The notes under the pieces were generated by a model, which saw only the letters and a list, made by a program, of their open reading frames with translations, had not been told where the DNA came from and searched no databases. From the NCBI GenBank assembly GCA_964016885.1, contig OZ024742.1:272676001-272740000 (forward strand): DNA of 64,000 bases, read 5' to 3'. This document shows positions 11,790 through 23,759 of the stretch, in pieces (within the stretch, counting starts at the first letter, position 1; each line of letters opens with the position of its first letter). The stretch is from Eledone cirrhosa. Lineage: Eukaryota. Position numbers and translations under genes: made by a program.

Positions 11790-14700
11790 AAGAAAAAAAG
11801 ACATGACTGTGTAACCCACCACCAACTTTAAATTCTTTGTTATGTGACAACAGTTTAAACGTTGTTTCGAACAACGTTACCCCTCCCACAACAATTTTTA
11901 AACAAGAACATCACACTATGCCCTGTCGCCAACACCTGTATCAACAAATCTAACATCAACAGTCAGAAGACTAACTTTTAAAAAAATTAAATAAAATAAC
12001 AGCCTTAACAGAGACAAATAAACCACAGACGAATGAAACAATGCCAACTCAACTGTTAATACGAAAGCCATAGAAACGGTGGAGCGGAGAAATGTGTATT
12101 TCAGATGCATTTCAACGGTGACGAAGAAAGCGGTTATGATATCCCAAGACACAATTGAACCTGTGCTGCCGGGCATCAGGGATAACATCGAGTACATAGG
12201 GAGGGGAAGACAATACGGTACCATTTCGGTGTTGTTTAAGTCAGAAGCCCTCGCTATGAAACACGCGATGACCCTTTTCAAAACCTCAAGGTCTCAATGA
12301 ACACCTCCCACAGGGGAAAAAAGAAGAGATCGTATCGGCATTTACGTGATTTCCCCATCACTAGACAAGTGGTGACTCCTAGGTTGCGTGATCGTGAAGG
12401 GGACGGATATCATCCTGATTGAGCTTACGAGGAGTGCCAGAGAGGTTTGGTCCGGGGTTGACATTGAGATACCCTTCAGATCAGGCACGAAGACGTTAAA
12501 AACATTCCAGACCACATCTGTCTCCAGAACGGGACAGTGTTACACACAATGACCGAGAGCAAAGGCCGCATTGTTTCGTCTGCAGAGAAACAACACATTT
12601 CCGTTCTCCTGCCGTCAACTACTAAAATATGCAAATGGTTGAATGTTTTCACTACTTCCGAGGCTGGTGTGAAGACGGCCACCAACGCCAGCTCCAGCAA
12701 CTGCAACAACAGCAACGACAGTGGAAACGCTACAACCGACCAGGAAATCAGGAAAACTCTCCCATACGTCCACCCTCAGATATATACACATGGACAAAAA
12801 CACAAACACAGACACAGACACACTTACAGCCACAGAAATCCCGTCTTCCAGTAGTGAAGACGAGCGAAACGCCAACCCCAAATAAAACAAAAAAATGAAG
12901 GCACACAAATGAAAAATCTCCAGAAAAACTTAAAAAAACTTTCCCATCAACACCACCACCACCACCACCACCACAATAACATAACAAAACATACATTCTT
13001 GCTATTAAAAATGGCCAATGATGAATTGATAGCCCTGATATCACGAAGGCACGATATAGAAAAAGAGAGGGAATTGTTCGGCATCAGCACATTTCACCTC
13101 AGGATATTTCAAGGGTAGGAATGTCAATCGGTGCTTACCAAGATATCAAAAAAATGATTCCTCGGGTCGTGGGAACCACGAGTGTGAAACCCACACCTAG
13201 ACTTTTAAATGAAAATGAACCACCCGACCACCATAGGGCCCAGGGATGAAAATAACACTGACCTCCCTCTCTCTCTTTTATCTTGCCAACATGGCGAACA
13301 TAAAAGTAGGATGCATAAATCTTCCTGACCAGTGGTTGTCCTGGAAGCAAGGTCGCCTGCTCAATGACATTATGTGAGACCATGATTTCAGACACGGACG
13401 TACTAGCTCCCATTTTCAGCGTGTATCAGATCTTCGCATTTGTTATTTGGCCGGGAATGGGATGTAGTGTAGAAATGCTATTTAGGAAAAGCTTGGATCT
13501 CGTGGTAACTTGGTGGTCCTTGATGTGAACAATAGCGTGGTGTTGCATTTTAGAATGATGATGATCTACGTCCCTGCCGGGGGTGGACCGCCGGATTACT
13601 TTAGGACTTTGGAGCCTTTCTGGGAACGTCTCACCATTTACTCTTAGCCGGGGACTGGAACGGCTTCTTAAAGGCAAACTGGTAGCTGATAAGAGGAGGA
13701 GGTTTAAAAGCCTCAAGGACCTGATCAGCCTGTTCCAATTGTCTGATGGGTAGCAACAAAATTTCCCCAATGCATCAATGTGGACATTGACCAACCGCAT
13801 AGAAATATCTAGAGTATACACAGATAAGATCATCATGAACGCTATAGATAGGAATAATGTAGGCTGTCCATAATTTCAAACGGTCACCTAAAAAAATTAA
13901 AAGTTTGTGATCTGCATGGTCGACCGAGATACGACGCATAGGTTTGACCCTGATTAGTGGAAGCTAATCATGTCGTTTCCGGAACGTAAAAACTTACAAG
14001 GACCAGCTCAACAATTTAGTTAAGTAAAAGTTGATTTTTCGTCAACAACACGTGATGGAGGCTCCCAAAGGAGAGATTGGTGTAATTTCGATAGGTTTTA
14101 GCAAATAATCAACGTTGGTAAAAATTAGAAGGAATGGGGAGCTGGTAGCTGAATTAAATGCGGCTATATGTAGTAGCATTGCAATTGGCGTGCTAGCGGC
14201 GGGAATGGAATTAGTATATTTCTTTAATGCGAAGTACGATGATTGCATTGTCAGATCTAAGGCACCTGCTCTGAGAAACGATAGAACCAACATTTTTTGA
14301 CGGGCCAGCGTGGTGGAGGTGCAGCATCGTAACAAAACCACAATTCGGTCTTTGACTGGTCAAGATGGACACGAGTTGAGCGATTCCAGGCGGATGTGTG
14401 AGGCTTTACGCCACAACAATGTTCGGCTAATCCAGGGGAGGTGGTGGATTGGAGGTGTTGGCGGATTTCAGTGCTTATCTCTACGACCTACCGCGTCTCT
14501 CAACGGCCGATGCTGAGGTCTGCGAAAGGTCGAAAACTTAAGCCGAAATTCGGAATGCCATAGACCGCTACACGAGGCGTATGTTACCCGGTTGTCATGG
14601 TCTACCCTCCGAGCTTTACCTAATAATACGAAATCTATTTCCCCACCTGTTCGAAGCGCTCTTCTACAACTGACAGCAGAACAAGAGTACTCCCAGGTCT

Positions 14701-14895
14701 ATGAGCCAGGGTGTAGTGACGCTGACGAGGAAGGACGAGAACAAGAGAGACGATACGTGAGACAACTTCAGGCATATAATTCTGCTAAACACAGAGATTA
14801 ACATTTTGCCAAGTTGTTAGGGAATAGTTTGGCGCTTGTCGTTGAAGATTTGGTAGAGTAGGTGCAAACTTTCGCAATCCCGACCAGATCCATAA
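11790..14895 (+). mobile_element. Heavily decayed Tx1-type LINE, copy E: ORF1, APE and start of RT, 3'-truncated
   Basis: ORF1-like YIGRGRQYGTISVLF resembles copy D ITRGKKYATVEVIF. ORF2 starts at ~13290 (MANIKVGCIN). FFNAKYDDCIVRS and DNFRHIILLNTEINIL are present. It ends at ~14895. Boundaries are approximate. Confidence 0.8.
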
Positions 14896-16163
14896 AATCT
14901 ATATAATATGTTCTTAACAAGAGTACGGGTGATTATATGATTTGTTGATATACTTTATGGTTTCTTAAGGTGGACGAGTAAAGCAAATATCATGTTGACT
15001 AGAGTGAAATAACATTCAATCGCTGTCATGAAATCCTTGTGTTAAAATAATGCATTTAAGGTTTTGATGATAGTTACTGTAACTACACCATCGCCTTTGT
15101 ACAGAACTTCACGAAAGGATAATTCTTTCTGTATTTGGTGCTAACTGCATAGGATGATATGACTGTTAATTCAACTGACTAACTTGATCTCTGGCTAACG
15201 TGAACAGCGGTGTGTGGTGATTAATAATTCAATGAAATTTAATGAGAGGTTTTCTCTAAATGTGTGTGTTTGTGTTTTATGTTTGAGTGTATGGACACCA
15301 AATGGGAGAAAGAGTGACAGGAGGAAAGAAGGAGACTAGCTGTTGCATTTCATATTTCAATGTAAAATTGACGAAATTTCAATATCCGTGAATACAATCT
15401 GCGTAAATATGTAAATTGGGGTGTATGCTTATATCTGTACGTTCAATTGGATATGAATGTGTGTTAAATAGAAAACAATACGGAACCTTTATACCAGAAT
15501 ATACATCGGGCGGCCATTATATATTCATTGCAAATCTATTAAAATCAATGCAAAAATATATGACGCGAAATTGAATATTTTTCTAAAGTTAATTTTCAAA
15601 AAATCATTTGCCAATTCAATTTCCTGATCGTATCGGCGAAATTTCAATGACAAGAATAGAAAAGAATAATTGTTTTGTGTTTATAAATATATGTTCGAAT
15701 GTGTATGTTTTTATACGGCGAAATAAGTCGGCGTGAATACGTATAATAGTTTTTACAGCGTAACTGCTTTTGTGATTATATATTAATTTCACAGCCCGTC
15801 AGCCTCTTTTTTTTATTTTTATATGTCACTATCTCCAAGTTCCTTTATCCACACATCATTTTTATTTCTCCCTCTCTCTCCTTATAAATATGTGTGTGCG
15901 TGTGTGTGGGCGTGTGTGTGTGGGAAGGTATGTGAGTAGGAATTTAGGAATATGCGTATTAAAACCAAATTCAGAATATAAAATTACGTTTCATGAATAT
16001 TCAGAATTTAAACTGAAACGTTATTTAATATTCACATGCTTAAATATACACTCCAAAGAAACATGCGTAAAAATGAAAATACAGAGACAGGAAATTGTAC
16101 GGCGACGTTAACACCGAGATATTTACATACGTCTGAACAGACACAAATGCACCACCCCCACTT

Positions 16164-16195
<32 letters not shown>

Positions 16196-16200
<5 letters not shown>

Positions 16201-16420
16201 GAGGTTATATTTAATTTGTTGGGATACAAGTTTAAAAATATGTTTATAACTGATATAAAGCACTCAACAGTTTATTGGAGTAAATATACAATATATTAAC
16301 AAATGGAAACTATATTTATAAAACCATATTTATTTTATTATACATATTTCAAGGGCCACCAAGGCGCTTTCATCAGATAAAATACAATACAGATTAGTTT
16401 TATAAATAAATATATACTGA
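16196..16420 (-). mobile_element. Solo Penelope pLTR fragment related to the Naiad element at 18-23.5 kb
   Basis: The reverse complement aligns with ~19575-19797. (TA)n adjoins the left end and lies close to the right end. Confidence 0.8.
16331..16384 (-). ncRNA. Minimal type I hammerhead ribozyme (PLE-type)
   Basis: Minus strand reads TATTTTAT-CTGATGA-AAGCGCC ttggt GGCCCTT-GAAA-TATGTA-TA|ATAAAATA. Stem I is 8 bp, stem II 6 of 7 bp, stem III near-palindromic. Confidence 0.8.
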
Positions 16421-16470
16421 TATACCCTGAAAAAAGACATACTTAACGGTTATATAAATATATATATACA

Positions 16471-16507
<37 letters not shown>

Positions 16508-16510
<3 letters not shown>

Positions 16511-16703
16511 CGAAGGAAATGTGGTAAGGAACCAGGTGGACCATAACGCACCAAAGTACTCAATACTTGAGGTAGTAGAGTGGGTAATAGGAACCAGTAA
16601 GACCCCGACAGCTGAGCTCAAGCCGTTTCGACGGCGAATTCTGGTCCAGAATTAGCCGTCGAAACGGCTTGAGCTCAGCTGTCGGGGTCTTACTGGTTCC
16701 TAT
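16508..16703. repeat. Short palindromic (fold-back) element, copy 1; 117-bp hairpin at 16587-16703
   Basis: Two 58-bp arms with one mismatch around a 1-nt centre (16645). Related copies lie at 48013 and 59250. Flanked by (TA)n. Confidence 0.9.
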
Positions 16704-16870
16704 ATATATATATATATATATATGCAATAAAAAACACAAATCCTCCATCTCAGTTCTACTTTTGAAAAGCATAAGCACTGTGAGATCGGTAAAGGAACCA
16801 AATAAATATACTTAAAAAGACTCCAGTTGCATTTTCGATTTCATCTTTTTCCCTTTTATATATATACTCG

Positions 16871-17001
<131 letters not shown>

Positions 17002-17055
17002 CGTTTCTGAATTTGTTTAGCAAGATTCTTTATCTGAAAACGTGTGTTGAAACCG

Positions 17056-17539
17056 ATATTGTTATACTTTGGAGGGTCATATTCCCAATAAGAAACACAC
17101 GCACCAATAGTTTTCACTTCAATTTATCATAATAAATTTATAAATTTAGGAATTTATAAATTTACGGTTGGTTGATTGGTTCCACAACCAGATGGTTGTT
17201 TATGTATTGTCAAAGTTCTTTCGTCACACATTGTGTGACCTCTTCGGTGACTGGGGATTATTTTCTTTGTTTTTTGTGCCCTCCTTTGTTCTGTCCTACG
17301 CCATGGCAAAGGAGAGGCACACAAACAAAGAAAATAATCCCCAGTCACTAAAGAGGTCACAGAATGTGTGACGAAAGAACTTTGATAATATATAAACAAC
17401 CATCTGGTTGTGGAACCAACCAACCAACCGGAAATTTATAAATTCCTAAATTTATAAATGTATTATAATAAATTGAAGTGAATCAACTGGTGCGTGTGTT
17501 TCTTATTGACAACATGACCCTCCCAGAGTATAACAATAT
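17056..17539. repeat. Inverted repeat (~235-bp arms), inverted PLE pLTR pair with a degenerate HHR in each arm
   Basis: Arms are reverse-complementary around ~17297. HHR cores are CTAAAGA (+, 17348) and CCGAAGA (-), each with stem II GTCACA/TGTGAC followed by GAAA. Confidence 0.85.
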
Positions 17540-17552
17540 ATATATATATATA

Positions 17553-18089
17553 TATATTATAATAGAATATAAAAGAAAAACGAACACAGATATATATGTG
17601 TTCAAATCGTAAGGGACCAGATTCGCTAAGGTGAAAAGAATACTAACTATAGACAATTGGGATTGCTTGTCTCAATTTAAGAAAAAAATAAAGAAAATAA
17701 ATACAAACTGGAATTGCGGTAACTACCAATCACCCAGACAACTTGTTGTTGTTTCGCAATGTTAATTGTGAATAGAATTACCATTTCAAGCTCATCAGTG
17801 GTTGATGAATTAGTATCCTTGACACTTCAAAGTATATTAAGAAACTGAATAGTGTGCTATATATAATAGCGCACGTGGCATCCTAGCGCGTCTCACCAAC
17901 TTACACCACTAAAATTAGCAGCCAGGTTTATTCGACATTTGAAATAGCTCAACAAATAAACGGAGCCGAATATATCAAAGGTATATATTGAGTTAGGAAC
18001 TCAAAATAGTCTCTTACAACAAAATAGCTCTAAGAAAGAGATATTTACGAGCCGTATATTATAATAGAATATAAAAGAAAAACGAACAC

Positions 18090-18099
<10 letters not shown>
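17553..18099 (-). mobile_element. Non-coding 502-bp unit with 45-bp terminal direct repeat carrying a hammerhead (PLE pLTR or retrozyme-like)
   Basis: 17553-17597 is identical to 18055-18099. Rearranged partial copy at 23582-23758. Confidence 0.75.
17729..17806 (-). ncRNA. Canonical type I hammerhead ribozyme, GUC cleavage site
   Basis: Minus strand reads ATCAACCA-CTGATGA-GC...GC-GAAA-CAAC aacaa GTTG-TC|TGGGTGAT. Core intact, stem III 5 bp, stem I 7 of 8 bp. Confidence 0.88.
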
Positions 18100-18151
<52 letters not shown>

Positions 18152-19599
18152 ATTCCCTTAATTTACGGACAAATTTATTCAGTTGCTGCAGACATAGATT
18201 GAACTCAACTTTTAAATATAAATATAAATTTAAAATGTAGTATATTTAATTTGATTTATAATTATTTATGAAACTCGCCGATAAATCTTTCGATTCCTTT
18301 TTATTTTAAACATTCTTCATGAATAATTAAACTACCCTAAAAGCTGATGTTCCAAATATATCGAATAAATTTTACACTAGATAAACTTCTATATTAAATA
18401 TAAGACCATCTGTAGATCAAATGGGTATCCTAAACTTTTGAAATGTTTTCTGCTAGACAGGATTTGGTAAATAATTTTTGGTTTTGTTTGCTTTTGATTC
18501 TGATGCTTATAACGAACTTGGCAATATATTGTCAATTAACTGTGAAGGGTTGATCTCTGTGGTTGATTTGCGGGGCATACTATGTTTTATTTTTATTTTA
18601 ATATTTTTAATATTTTTAATATTTTTAATATTTTTATTTTTAATATTTTTTTGATTTTTTGTTTTTTATTTACTTTTTGTTTCTGATATTTTTATTGATA
18701 TATTGATATCTGTTCTCTATTTATGCTTGAACGATAATCATGTAGAGTAAAGACATGAATAGTATTGTTAAAATTAATGTAGACTCTATATATATTTGTG
18801 TGTATGTACACATATATGTATACTTAAATTTTTATAGCACAATGAGAATGTTTTCGTGTGAAATAGGAATTTGCAGAGATGATCACGTAAATTCACATGG
18901 ATGTATATAGTATAAAATCTGGGATAACCTTCTATTTTATCTCAACTCTAATATAAACCTAGGAATTTTAAACTAGTCACATGATCATTATTTTTCACAC
19001 ATTATTGATACGTGTCTCATTCATGAATACTGATATTTACATTATAATGCCTGTTTTATACGAATTGATATTTTTTACATTGATGAAACATAGTGTTTTA
19101 AATCTGCCTCGTTTTTGTCTGGATATTTTTCTTTTCTCTCTATGTAACGGCTGTTTCCTCTCTTAGCCACATATATCTCTCTCTACATTAATACTAGAGC
19201 TAAATAAATAAATAAATATATCATTGATACGTCATTCAACTGGTGCCCAACTACCTAGTTTCTTTCTCTCTATCTATATCTATATCTATCTCTCTATATT
19301 TTCTCTCTCTCTCTCTCTCCTCTCTTCTCTCTCTCTCTCTCTCTATCTATCTCCCTCTGTGTTTTTTCCTCTCTCTATATATCTCTCTCTGTTTCTTTAC
19401 ATGAATTTCTTCTCTCTATCTATCTCTCTATATCTATCTATCTCTATTTAGTTGCATGCATTTCTTCTTTTTCTTCGTTTTTCTTTCTTTCTTTTTATAA
19501 CTGTCCCTAATATTTTTTCACTACCAAATCAACTTTTCAAATAGAAGTCGAAGTTGAAAGGTATGTCGAATCTATCTATTTATAAGACTGTTTATATTG

Positions 19600-19665
19600 T
19601 ATTTTGTCTGAAGAAGGCATAACATATTTTTAATATGATATCCCTGAAATATATATAATGAAATA
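19600..19665 (+). ncRNA. Hammerhead ribozyme in upstream pLTR
   Basis: TATTTTGT-CTGAAGA(19608)-long stem II-GAAA(19646)-TATATA-TA|ATGAAATA, with palindromic stem III ATATATAT. Confidence 0.78.
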
Positions 19666-19844
19666 AATATGGTTTTATAAATATAGTTTCCATTTATTTA
19701 ATATCGTAAATATACTCCAAATACTTGTTGAGTGCTTTTATATCAGTTATAAATATTTACTCGTTGTTAACCCAACAATTTAAATAAAACTTTGCATATA
19801 TCTTGCTCCAATACTGTTGAGCGCTTTATATTATAACTGAAAAA

Positions 19845-22072
19845 ATGGAATTCTTTAAGATTTCTTCCTCTTTAAAAGACATACCTCTACCTAGAAACAA
19901 AGACTTTATTAAACAATTAATAGATAAATCTGACTCTTTTATAAGGAGAATCAGGTGGCGGGCATTCCACTTTGATAAATCTAATATAAATGAAAATGTC
20001 TCGGACTTAGACAAAGTTTTCAAATCTAAAATAAATCCACCCCCCAACAAACTTTTATTTGACTTTGAAAACGATATAATTTCTATCATACAAGGAGTCA
20101 AATTCAAGAAAAACTTCAAAGGCCAGGAATATCTGAAAGGCATTAAGGATAATATTGAGAGCTTAGAGAAAACTGAGAAGATCTTGGTGAAATCTGACAA
20201 GACCAACAACCTCTATGGAGTGCAAAAAGACATGTATAATGGCCTAATACTGAAAGAACTGAGGAAAAAGTACAAGGTAGCAGATAAGGCCGAGCTTGAG
20301 AAAATGAATGTTGAGGCATCTTGTATAATGCATGAGTTGGAAATTGAGAACAGAACACAACCTTTCGTGCCCAGGAACCCGAAGATCAATATGAAAGATC
20401 ACAAAAGTAATTTTGAAAATGACCTGCCAGTCAGATTGATTGCACCATCAAAATCGGACCTGGGTAAACTAAGCAAAAACATTCTAGACAGGGTGATACA
20501 GCAAATTAAAAACTTGAATTGTGTACCTAACTTGAGCTTGTGGAAGGGGACTGGAGAGGTTGTTGAGTGGTTTAAAGAAATTAAATATAACAATAATAAT
20601 ATGTTTATTCAACTAGATATCGCTAACTATTATTCATCTATTACCCCTAATCTACTAAATAAGGCACTAAATTACGCATTTAAACATACAGACATAACTA
20701 GCAATGAAATGCACATTATATTATCGGCTAGGAAAACACTGATAGAATTTAATGACCAACTATGGACCAGAGCAGATAGAGATAACAATTTCGACATTAC
20801 TATGGGATCATCCGACTCAGCTCAGGTAACTGACATTGTGGGCCTATTTTTAATCAATTCGCTGCATAAGAAAATACCCGGTGCTACCGGAGGTTTATAT
20901 AGAGATGACATGCTTTTACTTATTGAAAATAATAACTCTGAACTAAATAGAAAAAGAAAACAAATTACACAATTTTTTAATTACTTTAATCTAAAAATAG
21001 AAATTGAGAATAACCATAGAATAGTCAATTTCCTAGATGTAACATTAAATCTCAACACATGTCTTCACTATGCATTTCACAAGTTGAATGAAAACTTAAA
21101 CTATGTCAGCTTTAACTCTAACCACCCCAGATCTATTAAAAATACTATAGTAAACTCTGTTCAAAATCGTATCTCTAGAATCTAATCTAATAAAAAGATT
21201 TTCGACGAAAAAGCCCAGTATTACAATGAAGCGTTAACTAGAGCAGGATATAGTGATAAAATTATGTACATAGATAATAATAGACAAACTAACCAAAATA
21301 ACAACAATTTTAATTACGGCAACAACTTTAACAACTATAATAGAAAGCATTACAATAATTCAAAAAGCCAAAAAAGAAATAGAACTAGGAATATAATATG
21401 GTTTGCCCCCCCCCCTCTTTCTCACTAAACATTAAAACCCACATCACTAAACTATTTTTTAATGCTCTTGATAATCGCTTCCCTAGAACACATAGGTATC
21501 ACTCAATTTTCAATAGACATACTATAAAATTAACCTACTCATCCACCAAAAATTTAGCACAAAATATTAATAGAATAAATAATAGGAATTTAAAACCTAG
21601 CCAAAATACCGATAATAGCATAAATAATATCCAAGTTAACAAATGTAACTGTAGAGATAGATCTAAATGTCCGTTAAATAACAATTGCTTAGTTAAAAAT
21701 ATAATATACAACTGTAATGTTAAAACGGACTTAAATTCTTTTAACTATGTTGGTTCCACCTCGACAGAATTTAAACTTCGCTATAATAACCACAAGAATT
21801 CTTTCACAGATCCAAGCAAAAAATCCTCAACATCACTATCAGGCCTACTCTGGCAACTTAGGCATGATAACGTTGGATATTCAACGGCTTGGAATATAGT
21901 CTCAAGAGGGATTCCTTTTAATTCATCCTCTGAGACATGTGACCTCTGCGCGGAGGAGATATTCTTTATACTAAAATCTAAAAATTCCCTTAATTTACGG
22001 ACAAATTTATTCAGTTGCTGCAGACATAGATTGAACTCAACTTTTAAATATAAATATAAATTTAAAATGTAG
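19845..22072 (+). pseudogene. PLE polyprotein: reverse transcriptase plus GIY-YIG endonuclease (Naiad-like), two lesions
   Basis: RT motifs KSDKTNN, QLDIANYYSSI, MGSSDSAQVTDIVG, GLYRDD and NFLDVTLNL. Linker RNIIWF.PP. Endonuclease region CNC..CPL...C, NIIY..YVGST, HKNSF, CDLC and CRH. Lesions are TAA at 21183 and a frameshift in the C10 run at 21406-21415. Confidence 0.93.
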
Positions 22073-23133
22073 TATATTTAATTTGATTTATAATTATTTA
22101 TGAAACTCGCCGATAAATCTTTCGATTCCTTTTTATTTTAAACATTCTTCATGAATAATTAAACTACCCTAAATGCTGATGCTCCAAATATATCGAATAA
22201 ATTTTACACTAGATAAACTTCTATATTAAATATAAGACCATCTGTAGATCAAATGGGTATCCTAAACTTTTGGAATGTTTTCTGCTAGACAGGATTTGGT
22301 AAATCATTTTTGGTTTTGTTTACTTTTGATTCTGATGCTTATAACGAACTTGGCAATATATTGTCAATTAACTGTGAATGGTTGATCTCTGTGGTTGATT
22401 TGCGGGGCATACTATGTTTTATTTTTATTTTAATATTTTTAATATTTTTTAATATTTTTATTTTTAATATTTTTTTGATTTTTTGTTTTTTATTTACTTT
22501 TTGTTTCTGATATTTTTATTGATATATTGATATCTGTTCTCTATTTATGCTTGAACGATAATCACGTAGAGTAAAGACATGAATAGTATTGTTAAAATTA
22601 ATGTAGACTCTATATATATTTGTGTGTATGTACACATAAATGTATACTTAAATTTTTATAGCACAATGAGAATGTTTTCGTGTGAAATAGGAATTTGCAG
22701 AGATGATCACGTAAATTCACATGGATGTATATAGTATAAAATCTGGGATAACCTTCGATTTAACTCAACTCTAATATAAACCTAGGAATTTTAAACTAGT
22801 CACATGATCATTATTTTTCACACATTATTGATACGTGGCTCATTCATGAATACTGATATTTACATTATAATGCCTGTTTTATACGAATTGATATTTTTTA
22901 CATTGATGAAACATAGTGTTTTAAATCTGACTCGTTTTTGTCTGGATATTTTTCTTTTCTCTCTATGTAACGGCTGTTTTCTCTCTTAACCACATATCTC
23001 TCTCTCTACATTAATACTAGAGCTAAATAAATAAATAAATAAATAAATATATCATTGATACGTCATTCAACTGGTGCCCAACTACCTAGTTTCTTTCTCT
23101 CTATCTATATCTATATCTATCTCTCTATATTTT

Positions 23134-23190
<57 letters not shown>

Positions 23191-23437
23191 CCCTCTGTGT
23201 TTTTTCCTCTCTATATATATCTCTCTCTGTTTCTTTACATGAATTTCTTCTCTCTATCTATCTCTCTATATCTATCTCTCTCTATTTAGTTGCATGCATT
23301 TCTTCTTTTTCTTCGTTTTTCTTTCTTTCTTTTTATAACTGTCCCTAATATTTTTTCACTGCCAAATCAACTTTTCAAATAGAAGTCGAAGTTGAAAGGT
23401 ATGTCGAATCTATCTATTTATAAGACTGTTTATATTG

Positions 23438-23503
23438 TATTTTGTCTGAAGAAGGCATAACATATTTTTAATATGATATTCCTGAAATATATATAATGAA
23501 ATA
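23438..23503 (+). ncRNA. Hammerhead ribozyme in downstream pLTR
   Basis: Near-identical to 19600-19665. CTGAAGA at 23446 and GAAA at 23484. Confidence 0.78.
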
Positions 23504-23543
23504 AATATGGTTTTATAAATATAGTTTCCATTTATTTAATATC

Positions 23544-23581
<38 letters not shown>

Positions 23582-23759
23582 GTGTGTTCAAATCGTAAGG
23601 GACCAGATTCGCTAAGGTGAAAATAATACTAACTATAGACAATTGGGTTTGCTTGTCTCAATTTTAGAAAAAATCAAGAAAATAAATACTGGAATAAACC
23701 TGGCTGCTATTTTTAGTGGTGTAAGTTTGTGAGACGCGCTAGGATGCCATGTGCGCTAG

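Larger units (their letters stand above)
18152..23546 (+). mobile_element. Penelope-like retroelement, Naiad-type, partial-tandem structure with ~1.55-kb direct repeats (18152-19706 and 21984-23546)
   Basis: Near-identical direct repeats begin inside the ORF C-terminus and flank an RT+GIY-YIG ORF. Each repeat contains an HHR. Both ends abut (TA)n. Confidence 0.93.

Noticed and set aside
16587-16703. CRISPR repeat or bacterial terminator/REP
   Set aside because: There is no spacer array or cas gene and the context is eukaryotic.
19845-22072. Selenocysteine recoding, reported for some Naiad elements
   Set aside because: The in-frame stop is TAA, the conserved Cys residues use TGT/TGC, and I saw no convincing SECIS.
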